Below are positions 18,644 to 26,268 of a stretch of DNA of 56,547 nt, in pieces. The stretch is from positions 1-56,547 of the IMG/VR virus record IMGVR_UViG_3300034116_000182. One strand, 5' to 3'. The position numbers and the translations under genes were made by a program. Every line of letters starts with the position of its first letter. Position 1 is the stretch's first letter. The notes under the pieces were generated by a model. It was not told the origin of the DNA. It worked only from the letters and a program-made list of their open reading frames with translations, and ran no database searches. The DNA is from a virus (Duplodnaviria; Caudoviricetes).

Positions 18644-18975
18644 ACGAAAAAGACATTAACGACGCAGTCGATTTTATTTACACACACGGCAAAAAGTATG
18701 CAGAGGCGAAAGCTCATTTGGCATACGTCGAGGAGTTTCGCAAGTCCAAGAAGGCCATGCTCATGAAGCATGCAATGACCAATGGAGTTAAGACTGTTGC
18801 CGCCGCTGAAATCGAGGCGTATGCGGCGATGGAGTACATCGAGCACCTGAAGGCCATAGAAGAGGCTACAGAGCAGGCAGAAGCCCTCAGGTGGGGCTTG
18901 GTAGCGGCACAGGCTCGCGTGGACGTGTGGCGCTCTCTGGAGGCTTCTAACCGCACTATGGATCGACTGGGATGA
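18640..18975 (+). CDS. Helical phage protein, possibly a recombination mediator
   Basis: All-helical 111 aa ending VWRSLEASNR; among recombination genes; function is inferred. Confidence 0.55.
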   Translation: MNEKDINDAVDFIYTHGKKYAEAKAHLAYVEEFRKSKKAMLMKHAMTNGVKTVAAAEIEAYAAMEYIEHLKAIEEATEQAEALRWGLVAAQARVDVWRSLEASNRTMDRLG

Positions 18976-19235
18976 ACAACAACCTGAATAAGGCAGAACG
19001 CAAGCACTTGCAGGAGGTCAAAGAGCTTCCCTGCAGTGTGTGCGACGAGGCGCCGCCCTCTGACGCCCACCACATCAAGCAAGGCAGGCAGTACACCTGC
19101 GTAGCCCTGTGCAAGTCCTGCCATCAGGGGAGCAAGATGGGCTGGCACGGGGAGAGAAGGGCGTGGGCTATAGCCAAAATGGACGAGCTAGACGCCCTAA
19201 ACGTGACCATAAAGCGTCTAAGGGAAAACACTTAG
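18972..19235 (+). CDS. Ref/DUF968-like HNH nuclease
   Basis: CSVC...HH...LCKSCHQG...H pattern. Confidence 0.7.
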   Translation: MNNNLNKAERKHLQEVKELPCSVCDEAPPSDAHHIKQGRQYTCVALCKSCHQGSKMGWHGERRAWAIAKMDELDALNVTIKRLRENT

Positions 19236-19321
19236 AAAAATAAATGAAAATATTTTTCAAAAGGGGTTCACAAGTGCTCTAACTTGGAGTTACAATCACA
19301 TCACCGCAACGTTAGCGGGTT
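19219..19321 (+). promoter_or_regulatory. Early promoter cassette
   Basis: TAAGGGAAAACACTTA upstream; TTCACA-N18-TACAAT; TAACTTGGAGTTA box; CACCGC-AACGTTA-GCGGGTT hairpin. Confidence 0.75.
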
Positions 19322-19341
19322 TAACCTAAAAGGGAATTATC

Positions 19342-19695
19342 ATGACAGCAGTTACAGTAGCGACAGAAGTACAAGCAGTAGCAACCGTTGAGTCTTTACT
19401 CAACCCCATCGACCAACTCTTCGTGTTGGATCGTCAACAAAAGGCTTTGGCCTCTCAGGTCAAAACTCTCAAAGACGGCATCGCCAACTCATACGAGTTG
19501 TCTGAGAAAGATGCCAACGGCAAAATCATTCCTCACCGTGGTGAGAAGTACGGTGTGAAGCTCACCATCGAGAACCGTATCGGTTCCGTTGACGTGGAAG
19601 CCGTCATCAAAGCATTGGGCATCACAGAAGCTGAGTTCAATGCAAAGTTCCGTGGCGAGACAAGCGCCATCATCAAAGTTTCACCAACAGCCTAA
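19342..19695 (+). CDS. Hypothetical early protein, 117 aa
   Basis: RBS; first gene after the promoter. Confidence 0.75.
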   Translation: MTAVTVATEVQAVATVESLLNPIDQLFVLDRQQKALASQVKTLKDGIANSYELSEKDANGKIIPHRGEKYGVKLTIENRIGSVDVEAVIKALGITEAEFNAKFRGETSAIIKVSPTA

Positions 19696-19705
19696 GGGGA
19701 TCACC

Positions 19706-19975
19706 ATGAACAAGAAAATCAAACTCCAAAACATTTACGTTGGTCAACTCGTGGTTACCAGCACCAGCGCAGAAGCCCAAGTGCGTACCGTGGAAAGCGT
19801 CGAAGGACTCATGGTTACTCTGACTTGGTACGAAGGCACCAACCAGTGCATTCAAGGTGTTGACTACTCCTTGCTGAGTGTGCCAACAGTTGCCCAAATC
19901 GAGTACAGCATCAACAACCACGGTCGGCTCGCCAACCTGCAAGATGTTGAAGACGTAACACTTTTAATCGGTTAA
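19706..19975 (+). CDS. Hypothetical early protein
   Basis: AAGGGG RBS before ATG 19706. Confidence 0.7.
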   Translation: MNKKIKLQNIYVGQLVVTSTSAEAQVRTVESVEGLMVTLTWYEGTNQCIQGVDYSLLSVPTVAQIEYSINNHGRLANLQDVEDVTLLIG

Positions 19976-19981
19976 ACCAAA

Positions 19982-19997
19982 GGGGGCTTCGGCCCCC
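19982..19997. terminator. GC hairpin with UUCG loop (weak terminator or stabiliser)
   Basis: GGGGGC-TTCG-GCCCCC; no + strand T-tract. Confidence 0.45.
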
Positions 19998-20013
19998 ATC
20001 AAAGGAGAGCATT

Positions 20014-20193
20014 ATGGAATACACAATCAAACACAACGGTGACCAAAATATGTTTTTGGACAGTTGGGAGGACGGTGGCGTGTGGCTGTCAGTCCACGGT
20101 AGGAATCACCACGTCGGCACATCATTGACTCGCGAGCAAGCTCAAGCTATGTTGGAAGCATTGACAAAACTTTTGGAAGAGGTGACAGCATGA
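20014..20193 (+). CDS. Hypothetical protein, 59 aa
   Basis: Read by hand; AAGGAG RBS; LTREQAQAML motif; ATGA coupling. Confidence 0.7.
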   Translation: MEYTIKHNGDQNMFLDSWEDGGVWLSVHGRNHHVGTSLTREQAQAMLEALTKLLEEVTA

Positions 20194-20372
20194 TTGAACT
20201 ACCACCATACTCGAAGATCAGTTACCCTTCGACACCCAACAAAGATTTCAAATGGGAGTCGGGGTCTGACGTGCAGGCCATATGGCGCAAGTACGGGTGG
20301 ACGCCACCCAGCGAGAAAATGGCGCCACCCCCACCCGAAAGATTTATTGAACTTGTAAGGAAATTCAAATGA
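20190..20372 (+). CDS. Hypothetical protein, 60 aa
   Basis: DVQAIWRKYGWTPPSE motif; coupled genes. Confidence 0.7.
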   Translation: MIELPPYSKISYPSTPNKDFKWESGSDVQAIWRKYGWTPPSEKMAPPPPERFIELVRKFK

Positions 20373-20650
20373 CCAAAGAAGTAAGCCAACTCGCGCGCCA
20401 ATTGCTAGGCACCGCCGGCGCAGTGGAGTTCTATACCCAGCAAGAGTTTGACGCCGCTGTAGCAATTGCCAAAGCCGAGATCATGACGGTGGCTATCGAG
20501 ACGAGCAAGCGAGCCATCATGATTGAGCGCAAGGAGTGCTCTAGGCTGGTCGCAGAGCTTGCGAATCAAGAAGATGAGGGGGAAGTAGCCACAGCCCTCA
20601 TGAACGCCGCTAAAGCGATTTACAACCGCATACCGAGTCAGATGCAATGA
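20369..20650 (+). CDS. Hypothetical protein, 93 aa
   Basis: ERKEC motif; coupled genes. Confidence 0.7.
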   Translation: MTKEVSQLARQLLGTAGAVEFYTQQEFDAAVAIAKAEIMTVAIETSKRAIMIERKECSRLVAELANQEDEGEVATALMNAAKAIYNRIPSQMQ

Positions 20651-20817
20651 AAATCACAGAAACAGAAGAAAAGGATTTCATTTACGCCCAAGGGTTTGAC
20701 ATGGGGGTGACCTTTGTGTTGACCGCCATGATTCTGCATTTTGAGAATGGAGAAGTTCTAGTGGATTCGCTTAAAGCATTTATGGATCCCCAGCTAGACA
20801 AGGCAAAAGCCCACTAA
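20647..20817 (+). CDS. Hypothetical protein, 56 aa
   Basis: Read by hand; ATGA coupling. Confidence 0.55.
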   Translation: MKITETEEKDFIYAQGFDMGVTFVLTAMILHFENGEVLVDSLKAFMDPQLDKAKAH

Positions 20818-20826
20818 AAAAGGTAT

Positions 20827-20897
20827 TAGGGAAAGTCCCTATTAAATACTTGCTGTAACTTCGTGTTAGAATTCACTCACTGCAAAATTAGCAGGTT
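20827..20897 (+). promoter_or_regulatory. Early promoter cassette
   Basis: TAGGGAAAGTCCCTA; TAACTTCGTGTTA / TGTTAGAAT; CACTGC-AAAATTA-GCAGGTT. Confidence 0.8.
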
Positions 20898-20913
20898 ATT
20901 ACTGGAGCAAATT

Positions 20914-21792
20914 ATGAACACAGCATCTAATCCCTTCGACGACATGTCCAACGACTTGGACTTCGGCGCACCAGCCAACTCCACAACTTCCGAAGTTACT
21001 TACTTCGAGCAAGCTTGCACCAAGTGCAACGGCACTGGTCGCTTCACCTTCGGTTACGTCAACGTTCGCTCAGGCGAGTGCTTTGCTTGCAAGGGCAAAG
21101 GCAAGTTGTCTTTCAAGACTTCACCAGCTACGCGCCTTAAAGCAAAGATGGCTTCACAAAAACGTGCTGTTGCTGTGGCACAAGCCAAGGCCACCACTGC
21201 GCAAGAGTGGAAAGATGCCAACCCAGCAGAAGCCGCATGGATGGAAAGCAGTGCCGCTAAGTTTGCATTTGCTGGCGCTATGCTCGACGCCCTGAACAAG
21301 TTTGGTTCACTTACAGAAAAGCAATTTGAGACAGTACAGCGCCTGACTTTGCAGTCAGCACAGTTCATGGCAGAACGCGCTACAGAGAAAGCCGCTCGTA
21401 TCGAGTCAGCCCCAGTGGTGACCGTAGAAGCTATCGAGGTTGCATTCAACAACGCCAAGCAAGCAGGCGTAAAGCGCCCCAAGTTGCGCCTCGACACATT
21501 TGTGTTCAGCCCAGCTTCAGAGACAAGCGCTAACGCTGGCGCCATCTACATCAAAAACAAAGAAGACGGTTTGTACTTAGGCAAGGTCATGGGTGGTCGC
21601 CTGTTCACATCACGCGAATGCACCACAGAGGCCGCAGAACGCATTGTGGCGGTGTCTAGCGACCCAGCCCAAGCCGCCATAGCCTACGGCAAGAAATTCG
21701 GTGCCTGCTCCATCTGCGGACGTGCATTGACAGACGCTGACAGCATCGCTCGTGGCATTGGCCCCATCTGTGCTGACAACTACGGTTTTTAA
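20914..21792 (+). CDS. Zn-finger protein (CxxCxGxG repeats plus DUF6011-like C-terminus)
   Basis: CTKCNGTG, CFACKGKG; CSICGRALTD..SIARGIGPIC. Confidence 0.75.
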   Translation: MNTASNPFDDMSNDLDFGAPANSTTSEVTYFEQACTKCNGTGRFTFGYVNVRSGECFACKGKGKLSFKTSPATRLKAKMASQKRAVAVAQAKATTAQEWKDANPAEAAWMESSAAKFAFAGAMLDALNKFGSLTEKQFETVQRLTLQSAQFMAERATEKAARIESAPVVTVEAIEVAFNNAKQAGVKRPKLRLDTFVFSPASETSANAGAIYIKNKEDGLYLGKVMGGRLFTSRECTTEAAERIVAVSSDPAQAAIAYGKKFGACSICGRALTDADSIARGIGPICADNYGF

Positions 21793-21812
21793 TTTAACAA
21801 GAGGAGAACATC

Positions 21813-22184
21813 ATGGCTACATATTGGAACGAACAAGGCACCTACCAAACCATTGCAGAAGCCCTTCAGGGGCTCGTGCCAGCGATTGGCGAGGTGCCTG
21901 AGGGCAAGACTACCAACAAGGCGCTGGAGCGCTTCAGAAGGGCGCAGAACTGCTACTACGACCTGTACAACAATGGACTGGGCAACCGGGCCCGAGAGTT
22001 CAGCACGTTGTTCAGGATTCCCGGCGTCCCACGCGAGATCAAGCAAAACTATCGCACCAACTTTTTGGTGTCGTCTGTGACTGAGGGTGCCATCGAGAAC
22101 AAGATGGACGGATTCATTCTGGATGCCTACCGCGAGCAGGTGGCATTGGGCAAACTTCAACCAGTGAACATGGAGGCCGTATGA
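21813..22184 (+). CDS. Hypothetical early protein, 123 aa
   Basis: AGGAG RBS; YYDLYNNG motif. Confidence 0.75.
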   Translation: MATYWNEQGTYQTIAEALQGLVPAIGEVPEGKTTNKALERFRRAQNCYYDLYNNGLGNRAREFSTLFRIPGVPREIKQNYRTNFLVSSVTEGAIENKMDGFILDAYREQVALGKLQPVNMEAV

Positions 22185-22432
22185 AGCGCATTTACATCAA
22201 AGCTTTCAACAAGCTAACCAAGATGGGTGTACCAGTCTACGAGCACCACGACGACAACGGAAACTTCAGCATCAGTGCTGAGGACGAGGGATCATCCAAC
22301 TGGGTGAACTACTACGATGGCGCTCGCGTATGGGGTGACAGCATCAAGCCTGAGCTACGCGATACATTGATTGGCATGGGCCTGTTTGCAGAGTGGCACA
22401 ACCCCGGCAGATTGGCTGTTTATAAAATTTAA
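22181..22432 (+). CDS. Hypothetical early protein, 83 aa
   Basis: FSISAE...GLFAEW.NPG motif; coupled to the upstream gene. Confidence 0.75.
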   Translation: MKRIYIKAFNKLTKMGVPVYEHHDDNGNFSISAEDEGSSNWVNYYDGARVWGDSIKPELRDTLIGMGLFAEWHNPGRLAVYKI

Positions 22433-22438
22433 TCGTAT

Positions 22439-22509
22439 TAGGGAAAGTCCCTACTTCCTAACTCCTTTAATTTGGAGTTAGAATTACATCACTGCAAAAT
22501 TAGCAGGTT
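22439..22509 (+). promoter_or_regulatory. Early promoter cassette
   Basis: TAGGGAAAGTCCCTA; TAATTTGGAGTTA / TAGAAT; CACTGC-AAAATTA-GCAGGTT. Confidence 0.8.
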
Positions 22510-22524
22510 TAAAAAGGAAACATT

Positions 22525-22932
22525 ATGAACTTCGGTACACAAACAGGCAGTCTCGTTAACCACATGTACAGCCGCATGACAGTCGGCGCTCCAGCACCAA
22601 CAGTTGGCATGGGCGCTACAAAATTATCATGGAGTGATCGCCACGCCGCAACGGTGACAAAGGTTACTGAGTTGAAGAGCAAAGTGTGGGCATACGAGAT
22701 CAACGTCATGGAAGACAAAGTGACGTGTGTCTCTGGTAGCGCACACGATGGCAGTGCCGTCTACACCTTCGAGCCAAACCCATACGGATACGCTGACATG
22801 TATCGCATGGATCGCAAGACAGGCAAATGGGTTCGCGGTTACATCAACGGAGCAACAGGCAGATTCAAGCAACGCCGTAGTGGTGGTTTGATCTTGGGCA
22901 TGCGTGAACATTACTACGATCCACACTTCTAA
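22525..22932 (+). CDS. Hypothetical early protein, 135 aa
   Basis: P.VGMGAT...WSDRHA.TV...G.RE.YYDPHF, a recurrent phage family pattern. Confidence 0.8.
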   Translation: MNFGTQTGSLVNHMYSRMTVGAPAPTVGMGATKLSWSDRHAATVTKVTELKSKVWAYEINVMEDKVTCVSGSAHDGSAVYTFEPNPYGYADMYRMDRKTGKWVRGYINGATGRFKQRRSGGLILGMREHYYDPHF

Positions 22933-22945
22933 AAAACGAGGGGGG

Positions 22946-23001
22946 TTGACACCCTCCTTTAATTCCATGTTAGAATTACTTCACTGCAAATTTAGCAGGT
23001 T
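22946..23001 (+). promoter_or_regulatory. Early promoter cassette
   Basis: TTGACA-N19-TAGAAT with extended TG; TAATTCCATGTTA; CACTGC-AAATTTA-GCAGGTT. Confidence 0.8.
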
Positions 23002-23020
23002 TATTTAAAAGGAAATTACC

Positions 23021-23323
23021 ATGATCACAGTAGACAAATACAACATTCGCGTAGTTGGCAAAGGCGAGAAGTATGGACGCGACTTCAAGCTCACAAACCA
23101 TGAGGACAAGCCTTTGGTGGAGTTCTATGACGCTCGCTATCCGCACACGGAGTTTGGGCAGTTCATCACACGCTACTACGTTGGCACCATCTTGGGCAAC
23201 GACGGTTACCACGGTAAGGGTGAGGGTGGTTTAATCCTCGACGGCGGCAACGCTGATTCATGGACTGTGTCTGCACGGGACATGGACATCGTCCGCGCAT
23301 ACTTGAAGGGATACACAGAATGA
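23021..23323 (+). CDS. Hypothetical early protein, 100 aa
   Basis: PLVEFYD...GQFI.RYY..T motif; RBS. Confidence 0.75.
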   Translation: MITVDKYNIRVVGKGEKYGRDFKLTNHEDKPLVEFYDARYPHTEFGQFITRYYVGTILGNDGYHGKGEGGLILDGGNADSWTVSARDMDIVRAYLKGYTE

Positions 23324-23523
23324 ACTACGGACAACTACGCGAGACTTGCGTCAACAAGTTCAGGGAGTACGACTCCAACATGTGCTCACGCGCATTGCAG
23401 GACTGCCACACTACACTGCAGTTGAACAATCACCTGCCCACGGATGATCCCTACTACATCAAGTTGTGGGCGGAGATCGATGCTATCCGTGAGCGCCAAT
23501 TCAAACTCTCAAAAGGACACTAA
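23320..23523 (+). CDS. Hypothetical protein
   Basis: ATGA coupling; YYIKLWAEIDA. Confidence 0.7.
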   Translation: MNYGQLRETCVNKFREYDSNMCSRALQDCHTTLQLNNHLPTDDPYYIKLWAEIDAIRERQFKLSKGH

Positions 23524-23774
23524 TGGCAACAGCAAAGAAGGTAGCGGCGAAAGCCGCGCCAAAGAAACCAGTGGCAACAACTCCAGTCAAAAAAGCTGTG
23601 AAGCAAGAACAAGAGTTCAGCATGCCTATGGAGGTCAAAGACTGGATTGACCAAGCTATGAGCCGTTTAAAGAGCTTGCAGAGCAAGGTGGATCGCTTAG
23701 AAGCCGAGAACAAAGAACTCAAGAGTTACAAGAAGTGGGCAGAGCACCGCATACTTGGGAGTAGCCCAGAGTGA
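23523..23774 (+). CDS. Lys/Ala/Pro-rich N-terminus plus coiled-coil protein, 83 aa
   Basis: TAATG coupling; histone-H1-like basic tail. Confidence 0.7.
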   Translation: MATAKKVAAKAAPKKPVATTPVKKAVKQEQEFSMPMEVKDWIDQAMSRLKSLQSKVDRLEAENKELKSYKKWAEHRILGSSPE

Positions 23775-24028
23775 GCGCACAAGGCAAAGAGTCTGGCACC
23801 AAGATGCCAAGGCACGACAGCAAAATCTCGTTCTACAACAAAAACGGCGATGAAATAGGCGTGATGGACTTCGCCGACAACTACTTATCCTTTGAGGGAA
23901 ACGCCGAAGAGAGCGCAATCGAATTCATGGAGCACCTGAGCACCGTATTCCAATACAGACTCATGTTGGAATACAACAAAGGATACAAAGCAGGTAAAGA
24001 CTTCACAAGCAAACAAACTTCAGGTTAA
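23771..24028 (+). CDS. Hypothetical protein
   Basis: GTGA coupling; FEGNAEESA..F motif. Confidence 0.65.
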   Translation: MSAQGKESGTKMPRHDSKISFYNKNGDEIGVMDFADNYLSFEGNAEESAIEFMEHLSTVFQYRLMLEYNKGYKAGKDFTSKQTSG

Positions 24029-24031
24029 ACT
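24002..24031 (+). promoter_or_regulatory. Probable promoter of the packaging operon
   Basis: TTCACA-N18-TAAACT with degenerate box AAACTTCAGGTTA. Confidence 0.5.
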
Positions 24032-24076
24032 CACGTCCTATGTAATGCGCTGAAACAATTGCGTGAAAGGACATAT

Positions 24077-24358
24077 ATGGCAGAGAAGTACAAGTTCAAA
24101 GACCGTGCATGGGATGTCACCCACAAAGACGGTAGGCACCTCGACACGGTGACCGTGCATGGCGACGACGTGCGCCAAGCTTACGAAGGCTACAAACAGA
24201 TCAGCCCAAGCACCCACGAAGACGAGATCCTGAACAACGCCCTATGGAAAGTACTGGATAGACATAAGATCCAACCAGATGACATTGAAGTCAATGAAAA
24301 GGTGGATAAACCAAAGAAGGTTATCCGTAAGGCATCAGGTGGACGTGTTGGTTGGTAA
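24077..24358 (+). CDS. Hypothetical protein with C-terminal KASGGRVGW motif
   Basis: AAGGA RBS; first gene of the packaging operon. Confidence 0.7.
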   Translation: MAEKYKFKDRAWDVTHKDGRHLDTVTVHGDDVRQAYEGYKQISPSTHEDEILNNALWKVLDRHKIQPDDIEVNEKVDKPKKVIRKASGGRVGW

Positions 24359-24401
24359 CCACTAACATTTATCTAAAGTAGACGATTTTAGAGGAGCTAA
24401 C

Positions 24402-24749
24402 ATGGCACAAGGTGCAAAGACAGGCGGCAGGGTAGCTGGAACGCCCAACAAGGCGTCAACGGAAGCTAGACAGGCCATAGCCTCATTTGTTGATGGAAAC
24501 GCTCACAGGCTCACTGGATGGCTCGACAAGGTCGCTGAGGGTGTGCAAGATGCCGACGGTGCATACGTGGTGCCACCGAACCCAGCGAAGGCGTTTGACA
24601 TGTTCCAGTCGGTGGTGGAGTACCACATACCCAAACTGGCGCGTCAAGAGCATGTGGGTGACGACAACAAGCCATTGGTGATGGAGCACAACGTGAACGT
24701 GTTCGGTGAGTTGCTCAAGTCAATCAAGATGTCACGCCAAGCCGAATGA
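24402..24749 (+). CDS. terS: Terminase small subunit
   Basis: KTGGR..GTPNK N-terminus, PKLAR.E..G; directly upstream of TerL. Confidence 0.8.
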   Translation: MAQGAKTGGRVAGTPNKASTEARQAIASFVDGNAHRLTGWLDKVAEGVQDADGAYVVPPNPAKAFDMFQSVVEYHIPKLARQEHVGDDNKPLVMEHNVNVFGELLKSIKMSRQAE

Positions 24750-26185
24750 GCGCATTGGATGCAGTTCTGGCTGATCCCAGTATCCAGAAGGAATATGAAA
24801 CCCTGCATCCCATTGAGCAGGCGGTTATCAATTGGCAATTGAAGTGGCTAGGACAACAGGCGCATAAGCACCAGATCGAGCCGTCGGGTGACTGGTGGAA
24901 CATATGGTTGATGCTGGCAGGGCGTGGAGCAGGTAAGACACGCGCCAGCGCCGAGACGCTAGCAAGCTGGGCATGGGAGCAACCCAACACACGATGGCTT
25001 GTCTCAGCCCCTACGAGTGGCGACTTGAAGGGTACATGCTTCGAGGGTGACTCAGGGCTTATATCCGTCATACCGCCTGCACTGATAGCCAAGTACAACT
25101 CCAGCCTACATGAGATCCACCTGATCAATGGGAGCTTCATCAAGGGCATCCCAGCGTCGGAGCCAGAGCGCTTCAGGGGGCCGCAGTTCCACGGTGGCTG
25201 GCTGGACGAGCTAGCGGCATGGGAGTACCTGCGCGAGTCGTGGGACATGATCCAGTTCGGTATCCGACTAGGCCAGCGCACCAAGCTCATATGCTCGACG
25301 ACGCCTAAGCCTAAGGACGTGGTGATGGAGTTGATCGAGCGTGAGGGTGACGACGTGGTGATCACACGCGCCAGCACGTACAGCAACATGAAGAATCTGG
25401 CGCCATCGTTCCAAAAGCAGATCCTGCAGTACGAGGGTACGAACCTAGGTCGGCAAGAAATCCATGCTGAGATCATCGACCCTGAAGAGGGCGGCATCGT
25501 GCGTCGTGACTGGTTCAAGCTATGGCCTGCTCAGAAGCCTTTTCCCAAGCTTGAGTACATTATCCAGTCCTATGACTGCGCAACGTCTGACAAGACCGTT
25601 AACGACCCTACAGGGTGCATTACGCTGGGTGCCTTCAAGCCATTGGACGGCGGCATGTGTGTGATGGTGTTGGACTGCTGGCAGGAGCACCTACAGTATC
25701 CCGACCTGCGCCCCAAGGTGATCGACGAGTATGAGACGGTGTACGGTGAGGGACGAGCGAAGAAGCTGGTGGACTTGATCCTCGTGGAGGACAAGAGCGC
25801 TGGTATATCCCTGATCCAAGACTTGCAACGTGCTCACCTGCCCGTGCATGCGTACAACCCCGGCAGGGCGGACAAGATCCAGCGCCTGAGCATCGTGGCT
25901 AACATCATCAAGGCAGGGCGTGTCTGGGTGCCTGAGAGCACCGTCAAGAAAGGATTTGTGAGGGACTGGGCTGAAGGCATGGTCAGCCAGATCTGCTCAT
26001 TCCCTGAGGGTACGGTGCATGACGAGTTCGTTGACTGCATCTCACAGGGATTACGGTACATGCGTGACGCTGGATGGATCAGCATCGATGCACCACCACG
26101 CGAGGATCTGGACGAGGACGACATCTTTGATGCTGACGAGTTCAACCAACGTGCGCGTGGAAGAGAGAACCCATATGCAGTTTGA
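24746..26185 (+). CDS. terL: Terminase large subunit
   Basis: AGRGAGKT Walker A, WLDE Walker B, STTP coupling motif, SYD / VEDK / HDEFVD nuclease residues. Confidence 0.95.
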   Translation: MSALDAVLADPSIQKEYETLHPIEQAVINWQLKWLGQQAHKHQIEPSGDWWNIWLMLAGRGAGKTRASAETLASWAWEQPNTRWLVSAPTSGDLKGTCFEGDSGLISVIPPALIAKYNSSLHEIHLINGSFIKGIPASEPERFRGPQFHGGWLDELAAWEYLRESWDMIQFGIRLGQRTKLICSTTPKPKDVVMELIEREGDDVVITRASTYSNMKNLAPSFQKQILQYEGTNLGRQEIHAEIIDPEEGGIVRRDWFKLWPAQKPFPKLEYIIQSYDCATSDKTVNDPTGCITLGAFKPLDGGMCVMVLDCWQEHLQYPDLRPKVIDEYETVYGEGRAKKLVDLILVEDKSAGISLIQDLQRAHLPVHAYNPGRADKIQRLSIVANIIKAGRVWVPESTVKKGFVRDWAEGMVSQICSFPEGTVHDEFVDCISQGLRYMRDAGWISIDAPPREDLDEDDIFDADEFNQRARGRENPYAV

Positions 26186-26214
26186 AACTGTAGTTAACTA
26201 CACTTTGAAAAGTG

Positions 26215-26243
26215 TGGACGTGCCATGTTGGTGAAGGCATAAT
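26215..26243 (+). promoter_or_regulatory. Possible internal promoter for the multi-domain gene
   Basis: TGGACG-N17-CATAAT, preceded by the perfect palindrome TGTAGTTAACTACA. Confidence 0.5.
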
Positions 26244-26268
26244 GGGCGGCATTCATGAAGGACATTCC

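Noticed and set aside
19280-23001. CRISPR-like array of repeats
   Set aside because: Repeats are 0.5-1.6 kb apart, separated by genes, and are promoters; no cas genes.
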